A stretch of DNA of 64,000 bases from Rhizodiscina lignyota (lineage: Eukaryota). The DNA lies in NCBI GenBank assembly GCA_010015805.1, contig ML978135.1, positions 496,001 to 560,000 on the forward strand. The letters run 5' to 3'. Numbering within the stretch: position 1 is the first letter of the stretch; the number at the start of each line of letters is the position of its first letter. This document shows, piece by piece, positions 38,395 to 50,757 of this stretch. The position numbers and the translations under genes were made by a program. The notes beneath the pieces were generated by a model. It ran no database searches. It was not told the origin of the DNA and saw only the letters and a program-made list of their open reading frames with translations.

Positions 38395-41300
38395 ATGGGA
38401 ATTCTAAAACGAGATCATTTGATTCATACACTAACGGTAGGAAAGGACATGCTTGCGCCTCGTCGGTGCTCAGTATGTGAGCAGTGGATGCAATTCCACG
38501 AAGTCCGCCAGTGTACCAACTGTGGCAAGGGAAATCAGGAAGATCACTACTACTGCATTCTTTGTTCGGAGCCGGGCTGTAAAACGATCAATTGTTCAAA
38601 CCACACGACATGCTGGTTGGACCATCTTCCTGCGTTGAAGCGGATTCGAGAATGGCATCAAATGGTCGACCCCCTGCCGCAGTTATATGTGGACGCCGTT
38701 ACATACTCAGAGGAAAACGAGGCCAAGCAGGAAGAACTACACTACGATGACCGCCTGGCGTCTTGGTTCACCATACGGCCAGATCTAGAAGACAAGGATC
38801 TCTTGCGTCTTATCGTCACAGATCGGTTTCGCCAGCTATGTAATCCTGGAATTGCTGAAAACAAATGGATCGTGAATCAGTACCCCAGCTTCGTGTCGTT
38901 GATAGGCAACACTGGGGTTGGGAAGTCTACTCTTCTGCGCGCAATGTTGCTTCTGGGCCAGCTTCGTGCGACAGGCTACGATGCCGCGGACAAGAACCGA
39001 GAGATGGTTGGGTTAAGAAATATTGTTGCCGCTCGTGCCCAAGGACCTGTCACTAGGTCTGCAAATCTGCTTCATCTTACGAACCCTACCAGTCTTGGTG
39101 TACATCTCTACAAAGATGCGCCACTAGCGCCTGACGACCAAACATTCACAGAAAGCATACCCGGTCAACATATCCGTTATCCGATCCTGTTCGCCGATTG
39201 TGAGGGATTCGGCGCTGGAAATGCCTCGTTGACCTCGGAACGGATCAGCCGACAAGATTCTCCCAGCACGCTCCGCAAAGACCGAGATCGTAGTGCCGCT
39301 CGCAGTGAGCGATCATCCATGAGGAGGAGGGCGTCCGGTGAGACAAACTCTGCCTTTACACGGAGCAGACCTTTCAAAAACGCGATATCAGACTCTCCTA
39401 TCCTCGCAGAAAGTTATAAGCATGGAAGAGGCCCCGAGCTATTCTATGCGCGCTTCCTTTACGCTATGAGTGACGTTCTCGTGTTTGTCACAAAGGATGA
39501 CCAGACCTTTCAGGCCGACATGCAACGATTGATGGAGTGGTCAGCTGCTGCAATCTATAATTCAGTCAACCATGTCGCGCATAAGACACTCATCATCGTT
39601 CGAAATATGCCTGTCCTCCATAACGCGGATTTATTCGAACCACAGATACTTAAATCCACTTTGTTCAGGAACTTGAAGCCGCTTTGGGAAGCATCAGTGC
39701 CCCTTACTGAATTTGTCAAGAATTACAACAGCGGACAAATCCAGCGAGCGGAGAAGATAGAGGTCAACGAGGATCTCTTCCGTGTCTTTTTCCAGAATAT
39801 CAATGCTTGCTATATTCCAGACAAGAGAGGCAGGCCTGCGGCAGAGCTTTTCAAGCAATATGGACTGCTGAGAGACCAGATCACGCGTGCGTCGTTCGAA
39901 GGTAAGTGTAACAGGCTGTCTCATTCCAGTGCAATAATTATCAAGTCACGTAAAACCACCATAAGATGCTCTGCTAATTTTTCAATAGGTCAGAAGAATC
40001 GCCGGAAATGCTGGATCCAATACAATGTTCCTGCGTTATCACATATACTGAACAGAGCATTCGAGCACTTCAGAACGTGAGCTTGTCAAATCCCTTCTTA
40101 CTCTGATAGATTATTTTATTTTATTTTATTTGCCCAGTCAGCTTATGATTAGCAGATCCGACAAGCCCTTCGACTTCTATGTCGCAGCCCGTAACGATAA
40201 CCCCAACCCCGTATCTATGGGAGAACATATAGCAAATCTATTGCGCCACTTGCACGAACTCAGGAGCGAGAACCCGTTGATTCGCGCCCGCATCATCGCA
40301 ATCTGTTTGGTATGCTGGGCAATGAGATACATGGGCCAAGGTGAGCTTCATCTATCAAGTATCAACCTTGACGCGCTTATGTGCTTACAGAGACAGTATA
40401 CAACCCAGACGATATATGGGATCGACATATCAAGGGTGATTGTGAAACCGCTCTCCGCATTTTCGCAAACAGGTATCAAAGATGCAGTTTTACCTTCGCC
40501 GACGGAACACCTTGCATAGTGCGAAGGACCACGCATGACCAGCACTGTAACGAAAGAGGCACGAGACAGCCAGGTGTCTTCACCGAATCATATTTGAAGA
40601 AAGACCTTCAAAATGATCCACTTCTTCAGATTCGAAAAGAGTTTGTCGCTCTCTACGAGACAACCTGCGGCAGCACTTCGCACAGTGGCCCAATTCTCCC
40701 TTCTTTGTCAAGCTTCCGGCAAATAAGAGAGAACACCTTTCGAGAGTTTATCTCCATCTGGAAGCATATCAGGAGCAACAAAACTTGTTTTACATGTTTA
40801 CAAATTGTTCCGGATCATGTGCTGCCTTACGGTCATGTCTACTGTATTGAATGCGTCAAGGAGTTTGGCAAGCCGTCAGAGTACTTTGAGTCCGCTTGGG
40901 AAATGCTTGACTGTGCGCTCTGTGGGACCCGTTGGTATCAGTCTCCGCAGCTGATACGGCTCAAACCTCGCTGTGCAGGCGTCCGCATACTCTCCCTTGA
41001 CGGTGGTGGTGTTCGAGGGATTGTCGAACTTGCGGTTCTCGAGCAGCTCCTCGCAAAAGTTGATCTGGGATTGCCGAATCCCGTTCCGGAACTCTTTGAC
41101 CTTGTAATGGGCACAAGTACAGGTATGCCATGTACTCACATAAAAATATAAGAGACTGGCCAGTGCTAATGTTCGGCTGGAACACAGGAGGCATCATCTC
41201 CCTCTGTCTCGTTCATAAGGTGTATATGCCTATTGCTACTATGAAGGAGAAATTCTTAGAGCTTGCGAAGCGAACATTCGAGAAAGACCGCAGCGGATTT

Positions 41301-42581
41301 ATTGGCAGATTCGACCCACTTCAACTCTTCGTCAAAGCACTCATGCTCATGCGGGTTACCGATAGCATATATTCACCGGATCCGCTACGGGAATGCCTAG
41401 TCGAATTATTTGAACCAGATGTTCGTCTCTTCTCATCTCCGACAAGAACTCACTTCCAGAGGTCAACGAGAGTTGCTGTGACTTCGACAAAAGACAGAGC
41501 TGCAAACAGATGTCTCATTACGAATTACAATCGTCAAAGATACTCCAGTGATCAAAGCCCTGACCTGATAGCCCCATGTGAAGATGACTTTGAGAGAGAA
41601 GATGAAGACAAGCTTGAGATGAAGATCTGGGAGGCCGGGATTGCAACAGCTGCAGCGCCCTTCTATTTTCCTGCATTCTATAAACCGGAGACGAAGAAAG
41701 ACTATGTGGATGGCGCACTGCATGCAAACTTTCCCGGGTCATATGCACTCGAAGAGATGGATAATATTTGGTCGACGTACGGTGTTGACGCTGCTCTCGA
41801 TATTATGGTCTCCATTGGAACAGGTCGACAGACTCGAGATGTTGCCCTGCCAGCGGCATTGAAGATCGGAGGATTCGACGCCATCTGTACAAACTTCCAT
41901 AAGAATATCGAGAGTGAGAGACTCTTCAGAGACTTTGTCAACGGGCCCGGATCCAAACCCGGACTACAGGGCAAGATCCATCGGCTTAATGCAGAAATAT
42001 TTGGCGACTACGTTGCGCTGTATGAGTACAAGAAGATGAGGGACCTTAATGCCATGGTGTCGGAGCAAACAAAGAACACCGTGGACGGATCTCCATCTCT
42101 CAGCAGCAGCATTTCAAGTCTCGCAAACATACTGCTTGCAAACCTCTTTTTCTTCGAACCAGACGAGAACTTCGCCGAAGGAATGGAGATTGTCACACTC
42201 TCCCCGTACCAAAAATCCCACCACGTCAAGCAATTCAAGGGCTCTATTCGTTGTCGGCTAGCATACGACAGCGCCGAGTTGAAATCGCTTGTTCATCGAA
42301 TCGAGGGCTTCCACCACGCCGAGCTATGGCTTGGGCGCACTACTAGCGTCGAAGAACCGCGCTGGACGGTCATACCATTCTCAGACAATCAGCGTAACGC
42401 AATCCGAACCAAACGAGAGCGATTCAGAGTCAACTTCACAATGAAGACGGAAGACGAGGTCCAAAAGCAGCAGGTGATTGTGGTTTCCTTTAGGAATGAA
42501 AGCTTGGATGTGAAGAATTCTATTAGCGGATTTCCGGTGACCTTGATGGAGCTGAAGAAGCGAGCAGGAATAAGACCGTGA
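38395..42581 (+). CDS. Multidomain patatin-like phospholipase with Cys/His-rich N-terminus, GBP/atlastin-like P-loop domain and RING-like finger; 5' exons uncertain
   Basis: CSVC..CTNC..CILC..H..CW; P-loop 'SLIGNTGVGKST' and 'LFADCEG'; RING-like 'CFTCL..PDHVLPYGHVYCIEC..CALC'; patatin motifs DGGGVRG, GTSTGG (across an intron) and DGA. Confidence 0.85.
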
Positions 42582-43223
42582 GCGATAGATTTGTCTCTCC
42601 AATAGCACGTGTGAAGAAGCGACGGCCCTTCTAAGACCGTGCGGCGTTGCGGGTATTTTGGAGGCTATCAGAAGCAACATGTATGTTGTTCGGGATATCG
42701 ATGACACCCAAAAAGGGGCAATGTCTGGACATGAAGCAAAAATTCCGACTAAGCGTGTCACGTGACCCCGACTACATAAAGCGAAGCGCATGGGCATTAG
42801 GACTCTTTTACCTATAAATAAGCTTTAAATAAAAAACATTCTAAAGCATTTTTGACTACACTAGCTGCTAGTTAGTAAATAAGGCTTAGAAGTCAAACCC
42901 GTGCGTATCGGCCCGGCCCGCTAAGCATTTTATTTCGAGCTTTAGCCTGGACTGTCATCCACGGCAATTTGAAGGGCAGAGTGTCCCCAAGGCACTTGAA
43001 ATTTCATAGCTCAATAATGCATTCCTTCTACGACTACATTTTTCAACGTCACACATGTTCTGCAGCACCTCCTGTAACTGTAACCCTCTGGTTTACATTC
43101 TCTCCATCGTCTTTCCAATTCTGCCACCTATTCAGTGGAAGACCTTCGTCAAATTCTTAATGCCCGAACGTTAGCTCAAACTTTTAGATGATGTTGAGAT
43201 TTCTATTGCACTTACCGGCTGTA

Positions 43224-43535
43224 TCATAGCTTGAGCGGGCCATCCTCATCCTGACGGCGTTTGAGGGGACCGTCCTCGTCCTGGCGACGTCTAAGAGGAC
43301 TGTCGTCATCCTGGCGACGTCTAAGAGGACCATCTTCATCCTGACGACGCTTGAGCGGATCGTCTTCATCCTGGCGGCGTTGGAGAGGGAAATCCTCCTG
43401 ACGCTTAGCCTGAATGCGTCCCAGAAGGTCGAACTGGGCAGCTTCCGCCTCACGAGCAGACATTCGCGATGCAATGCCTGCCGGTAATGCAGCTGCGGCC
43501 GCAACAATGGACAAAATGACAATGGAGTACTTCAT
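43224..43535 (-). CDS. Secreted Kex2-processed repeat protein (KEP) / RiPP precursor, 103 aa
   Basis: MKYSIVILSIVAAAAA-LPAGIASRMSAREAEAAQFDLLGRIQAKR-QEDFPLQRR-QDEDDPLKRR-QDEDGPLRRR-QDDDSPLRRR-QDEDGPLKRR-QDEDGPLKL. A TATATAA box lies on the minus strand ~95 nt upstream (~43630-43636). Confidence 0.9.
   Translation of the reverse strand: MKYSIVILSIVAAAAALPAGIASRMSAREAEAAQFDLLGRIQAKRQEDFPLQRRQDEDDPLKRRQDEDGPLRRRQDDDSPLRRRQDEDGPLKRRQDEDGPLKL
43230..43405 (-). repeat. Tandem 30-nt coding repeats (5 full copies plus one shorter 27-nt unit) of the KEP core peptides
   Basis: Repeated 'cgtcgccaggacgaggacggtcccctcaaa'-like units with mostly synonymous variation. Confidence 0.9.
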
Positions 43536-44095
43536 ATTTACTCTCAGGATATCGTAGAAAGATGATGTATGTTGTTGAGGGGTGATCCGCGAATTGTTGT
43601 GCACCAGAGAGCTCGGGAATCGATGAGCCTTATATACACCTGTTGAGAGGCCTCGAGCACCTCCCGTGTTATCCGGATTCCTCGGTAGTACCACAATCTT
43701 CCGATCTGAAAAGTAAACAGTATTCTCAAATCAAAGCCAACAAGCTGATTTGGATCCGTGCTATCGCTCTCCTTCACAGCAGCATTGTCCTCAATGGCAC
43801 CGACTGGGATCTTGCAAGGAGGCGCTGGCACTCGCTGCATATAAGATTCAAGAACAGGTCTCGACTTCTTATATGTCTTAAATTGATTAATTCCCCACCT
43901 CTGTTTAAAGCCACGGCATTTCGACATAAGCCATAAGTCATACCTTATCTGGACGTTGAGCAATACTCCCAAGATCGGTCAATGTAAGAGTAATAAACGT
44001 TCGATCGACCAGACAGGTTTCCCTCTGCCGCACACTTTCCTCATCCTTCCCGTCTCAGGATTCCCACCCTTCCTTCGTTTCTAGTATCTTCAGAA

Positions 44096-45042
44096 ATGTC
44101 GCATCGATATGAGAAACTGGAAACCGCTGAGTATACAGAAGACTTCATTGATCGGCGTTCATGGCCCTACAATGTGGTCACCACGTTGCTCGGGTTAAAT
44201 GCTCTTCTGCTCTTCGCTCTTGTCTCTGCAATTGCTCTTTACCACGACCGGTCCGTATCAGCTCCGTACGAGGGAGGGTCCGCCATTGATCGAGGCAAGT
44301 AAGTCCCATTCGAGATATTGATCATTTGCTCACTCAAACTGCAGGTCTTGGAATACCGATACAACTCCAGCATGTGCAATTCACTGGAAGTCCCGTTTTT
44401 GACGAAAACGGGGTCAGCTCCATTCCTCCGAGGGACCCTAAGAGCCGCTGGCCAGAAAATGCGACATATTTTGGAGAAGCGAGCAAATCCATGGATGAGG
44501 TCTGGCATAAATTGACGAAGCCTTTCGAGTTTGCCCTATCCGAAGCGGAAGCAAAGTCGATATGGGGTGATAGATACACCACACACCGAGATCCTCGTGA
44601 CGGAAGGTATATGGCAGGGTAAGTTCCCTTGTTCTTCGCTTCGCGACAGCTTCTTAACTCTCAATAGTCTAGATGTCTTTCACAATTTACATTGTCTAGA
44701 CTACGTTCGTCGAGCATTCGATCCGCAGCAGTACCCTTTAACGCCGTACCATGGCAAAGTCCATTTAGGTAAGGAATTCATCGTATTCTAAGACATTCTC
44801 TAGTCAGTTCGCTAAACAGATGGCCTTGATTTAATCCAGAACATTGCCTGGACAACCTTCGTCAGACAATTCAATGCTATGGAAGCACGACCATCATACC
44901 AATATCGTACAGAAAAGGATTGGGCCATGGGTATATTGACGCGGACCAATCACATACCTGTCGGGATATTCGACAGCTACGAAGTTGGGTTGATGAGCGA
45001 ATACAAAGATCAAGGGCTGATCGCGGGCGGCGAGATGTGTGA
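44096..45042 (+). CDS. DUF3328 / UstYa-family (HxxHC) oxidative tailoring enzyme; 4 exons
   Basis: N-terminal TM 'VVTTLLGLNALLLFALVSAIALY'. Exons 44096-44294, 44345-44618, 44668-44768 and 44840-45042 give 'GLDVFHNLHCLDYVRR', 'VHLEHCLDNLRQTIQCYGSTT' and 'HTCRD...W', i.e. two HxxHC motifs. Confidence 0.92.
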
Positions 45043-48000
45043 CCCGTAATGATACTGTGTATGACCTGTCTCGTGATCATTGTGCTTGCTCGGAACTACA
45101 CGTATATTAAAAATGGAGCACTATCCCAGTTAAGAAGCAGCAGCAGAAGCAGAGAGGCGGTGGACAATCTATCGAGTGACAAACTACATGTGCATGAGAA
45201 TGAGCCGGGGGAGATAATGCGAAGGTCCGCAGCTCTCGCCGCCTTGAGCAATCTCAATCCTGCAGAGTGCTGGAGATCCTTGCGTTCTTTTAGACCTACC
45301 AAGACCTACTCTGAACCACCTACCGTAAATGCAATATCAGAATACTCTGGAGCTTGGCGAAATACCCTGATATCATATTTAAAGCTCCTCGCTAAACTAT
45401 CCTAGGTAGGTAGGTAGCTGATAGAGTACGCTCGGGCTTTCTTCTATATCGAGCGATATTCGCCTTCATATACTGAAGATCCTAGTATAAGGAACAGGAA
45501 CAGAATGGCTCCCAACAAACCATTGCAACCCCTCTTTCTCACCTGTTATAATCTTGCTAGCCCGCGTTGTCGTAACCGCTGTCACGTCAGCCTTATAGAT
45601 ATTGAAAAGTCATTTTCGCCTCTCGTGACTCGTCAGCCTCCATCTCCAACGACACGCTAATGTACCCCATCCAGTCATGATTGGTCCAAAGGGCCTCAGC
45701 AATGTGCTCACGACGTACCAGAATCGTAAACGTCAGTTCCCTAAGATGTTCATGGTTAGTATGTCGTATGGGACTGTGCCGCCGATATAACCTGTGGCGC
45801 CCGCCAGACGAATCCTGAGGCTAGTCTTCACTTGCGTCCACAATTCCTATTCGAGCAAAAGTCATTTCAGAAAGCAAAATATACGTAGGATAACATTTTG
45901 TCAATGCTCAGCAAGCTTCAAGTATGAATAGATATGCATGTTGATCAAGGGACCGGAAACCATTCTGTATATACAAATCTTACCTAATGCCAGAAGCCTA
46001 CCAAATTACTAGCAAAGGTTTGATGCATGTCAGACTAGCACTTTCCAAATAAGAATCTGGCGCCCATTCAATTGATCCCTCTCCGAAGAGGAAGGATGTA
46101 ACCATTGGGAAGGCTTGAGCATTCCACTGATACAAATCTTCATCAAGATTACATACTATTTTCGCATCAATGGAATACTCAATCTGTACTGTGCAGCAAC
46201 TCGGTTTATTTTCTGGCTTTGGCCGCATGAACTCGGAAACTCTCGACCTCGAGGAAGTTGATACGTTATTGACAGAGCCAGATCAGCCAGAATAGCAAGG
46301 CACTTGCTAGTTGGCGAATAAGTTCCCATCAATATTTTGCTCAACCCTTACAACCCGACTAGTGGGACTCAGCTCGGTAACATCGAGTCGGAAAAGCTCC
46401 AGTTATGCAGGATCTGCCTTTATCCTTTGTTTCTTATCGCCATGAGACGGACATCGCAATCAAACGGTAGCGCTAGGAACAAGGCCCTTTGTTGTCTCTA
46501 ACGACATCAGAAATTCGGTGCTCGTAAAGGCCATCCTCAGTGGAAAGATGAGTGCAAAGACGCTCCATCGTGCTCGCCATACAGGCTGATGTATCCATCA
46601 AGCGGTCAATTTTGTGCACGGCTCTCGATAGTTGCTTTCAGGTCTCTGTTGAATGTTTCAAATCCCTCTACAGTCTGCTTCCGCATACCCCAGCCGGGCC
46701 TGAAAAGAAAAGCGAGAAGCCCATTGAGGTCTTCTTTTTGGACTAGTATCGTTTTCTTGGGGCTCTCCAGATCGGGAGAGAAGTAGAATTGGTGTTCTCC
46801 GGTCAATAGCCCAAGGAAATTTCCACGTCACCTAAAGGATTCTGGAGAATTTTCCTGATAGACGATGTTAAACGGACATCGGCGATAGGTACAGTGTTCA
46901 GCCACCTACCAGGACGACAGGCTTGATCGTAGTTCCTTTCAGATCAATTTTCAATCGGTCTTCGGGCATTAAATCGGCGGGCTGTACGTTAGGATTAAGG
47001 GATTCGAAAGTCCAATCCTGATGCCACTCCTTGTATCGCTGGAAATCCAAGAACTGCTAATTGTAAGTATTATATGTACGTCGGTCAAGTACCGCGCCAT
47101 ACCACTGCTCGAACGGTTTTTGGTGAAGCCGCGATCTCGATCTGAGTGACTATGCTTTGAGATTGTCCCATGATTTAATGTACCGAGAGAAAGTGGCGCC
47201 TGATAAGTGGTTGTTTCAAAACCGGCAAGTTGATAGCGTTAACTGCGTTTGGTGTGTTGGCACTGCTGCCGAAACTCGTGCGTAAGCGTCTCTGTGGAAC
47301 TCGAGATACAAACGATTCCGCCCGAACGGCACTCGGTACCTTTATAAGCGTCACCCTCGACTACACCGCCGAGACGAGGAAACGACGTAGCCGCCAGCCA
47401 CATCCTTCGTCTCGGTGCCGACCGAAGCCAACCAATATCGTGGTGCATGTCATGCTTGAAGCCACATATCCCGAGGTTACGCCGATCAGAGTGAGTGGAC
47501 AGTTTGACAGCATGATTCTCCTTCGAAATTGTGCACAGGGTGTCCTCAGAGACCTAGGGCATCGTGTACGGTAAAGTTATGGGAGAAATGGTATTGCCTC
47601 TGTAAGCGATCTAACGCGGCGCTAAATGATACCATTCAGCCTTTCACTGTCCCAAACCCTCTGCAAAGGCTACCATGTGTGAGCATGTCGCCTGGCACGC
47701 CAGAGATAATAAAATCCTCTACATCGTGATCTCGAACGGGTTTTAATACTGCACCGCGCCCCACATCCAATGAGAGGTCCACAAATGTCTTCGAGAAGCT
47801 CCATGTGGATGGATCGGCTGTCTCGGTGCCGACGATCGATTTGGTTGATTTTAATTCGCCGGGAGAACGAGCCATCGAATATGGCCAGCCAATATTTCGC
47901 GTTTTGGTCTCAAATGAATAATCCACGGACTAGAAGAGAGCTCATGCGAGAACTCCTCTGTATAGAATTGTAAGTAAACAGACGACAAGGCCAGATTGAA

Positions 48001-48365
48001 AGTTCGATTCAATGATAGAGAAAACACCACAGCATGGCCATGGGATGACTTCTAACTTGTCTAACTCAGAGTGCGCATTGCAGAATGGAAATCTGAGGCA
48101 TTGCATAAAATCTGCTAATTTCGCGATTTGGAGGCAACTGATAAAGTGACTTTTTGAACGTCATAACATACCTTGGACTAATCGTACACTTACTGAACGG
48201 AGGCCTCCCCAAATATGTGGACGAGGCTGGTTAATATCCCAATCATTGAAGAATTGCAACAACTTGGCGAGTCCAGAGAGAGCTCTTACAGGCAGTAGCG
48301 ATGAATTTATCACGAACTGCAATGGCGGGGAGAAAGTCGGAATAAAATTGGCGTACGGTTGGATG

Positions 48366-49272
<907 letters not shown>

Positions 49273-49545
49273 GATTTAAGGTACTGTGATGGAGAGTCCG
49301 GAGCTCATGCGAGCAAAGGGAGGAGACGTGGACAGGAGCTGTCACTGGGAGATCTTCGGCAAAAGTGCGTCACCGCTGTGGGACTTTTCTGTGCGGAGCG
49401 AAATGGAGATATCGAAATTCTCCAATTCAATCACAACCAAGCTGGCTCATCTTCTTGTCTATTTATCTACGACCGGATGACGCTGCGCTCTAATCAGAAA
49501 GTCCTTTTTTCCTTTTTATGAGAGAAATTATTCTGGTGCTGCACA

Positions 49546-50589
49546 ATGTCTCGACCTGAAGATACCCTCCCTCCCGACCTCTACTGTAAGCTGTATGTGG
49601 ATACCACGATGATGTGACCTGATTAAATTACAGACAATGACCCAGTCTCGCGCCAATACACGACCTCCTCTCGCATACAGAAAATCCAGGCGCAAATGAC
49701 ACACCGAGCCCTGCAAATCCTCAATCTCCCTCCCAGTCAATCTTCGCATATCTTGGATGTCGGCAGCGGAAGCGGACTCAGCGGCGCGATTCTCACACAG
49801 CGCGGACATACATGGGTGGGCATGGATATTAGCGCGAGCATGTTGGCGATTGCGTTGCAAAGAGGAACCGGGGCATTGCCGAGGAAGAGAAGGAAATTGG
49901 CGCAGGATATGGAGATGGATGTTGAAGATGGGATTGATGACAAGCAATCCAATGATGAGGATGCTGGAGATGAGGAGGTGGAGGATGAAGGAGAGGAAGA
50001 TGAGATAGGTGATGATGCACCATGCGAAGGCGACCTCCTCCTCGCCGATATAGGCCAAGCACTGCCCTTCCGCCCCGGCACGTTTGACGCTGCAATTTCA
50101 ATATCTGCAGTCCAATGGCTCTGTCAAGCGGAGTCCAGCGACGAGAATGACGCGCCAACACGTCGACTGAAACGATTCTTTGAAGCATTATATGTGTGTC
50201 TGAAAAGAGGCGGAAAGGCGGTGATGCAATTCTATCCAAGAAACCAGAAAGAACGGGACATGGTTGGTACAGCGGCACGGAGAGCTGGCTTTGGAGCGGG
50301 CTTTTTGGTCGATGCGGAGGGCACGAAGGCTGAAAAGGTGTATCTGGTGTGTTCGGTTGGCGGGGAGGACGTCACTGCGACAATTGAGGCAATGGAAGAT
50401 GTCGAGATTGAGGGCGGAGCCGTCGGTGCGGGAAGAGGAAGAGAACAAAAAGGGAAGTTTGGTAAAGGAGAGTATAAGAAAGGAAGCAAGGAGTGGATCA
50501 TGCGGAAGAAAGAGAGGATGGAGCGGAAGGGCATGGTGGTCAAAAAGAACAGCAAATACACTGGTCGAAAGAGAAAGGTCGCTTTCTAG
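49546..50589 (+). CDS. BUD23: 18S rRNA guanine-N7 methyltransferase (Bud23/WBSCR22)
   Basis: 'MSRPEDTLPPDLY|Y' across intron 49586-49633, 'ILDVGSGSGLSG', 'FDAAISISAVQWLC', 'QFYP' and C-terminal 'SKYTGRKRK'. Confidence 0.95.
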
Positions 50590-50757
50590 ACATAGCAACG
50601 TGGATGTTGCATGTTTGCCGATTCACGAAGCATGGCGCCGGACGAAGGTTGATAAACCAATGGTATCGTATCTATGCATTTAATGGTACAGGAAAATGTA
50701 CAAGCATCAAGCATATCAGCATTTCGCCTCATAGATTGCAGCCACCAACCCAAGGTA

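Noticed and set aside
43230..43405. Regular 30-nt repeats resembling a CRISPR array
   Set aside because: No unique spacers, eukaryotic context, and the repeats are in-frame peptide units.
43536..43694. N-terminal extension of the 156-aa ORF in the ORF track
   Set aside because: It starts at a non-ATG codon and runs across the TATA box; the signal peptide starts at ATG 43535.
49880..50020. Acidic insertion in Bud23
   Set aside because: A low-complexity loop within an otherwise ordinary conserved enzyme.
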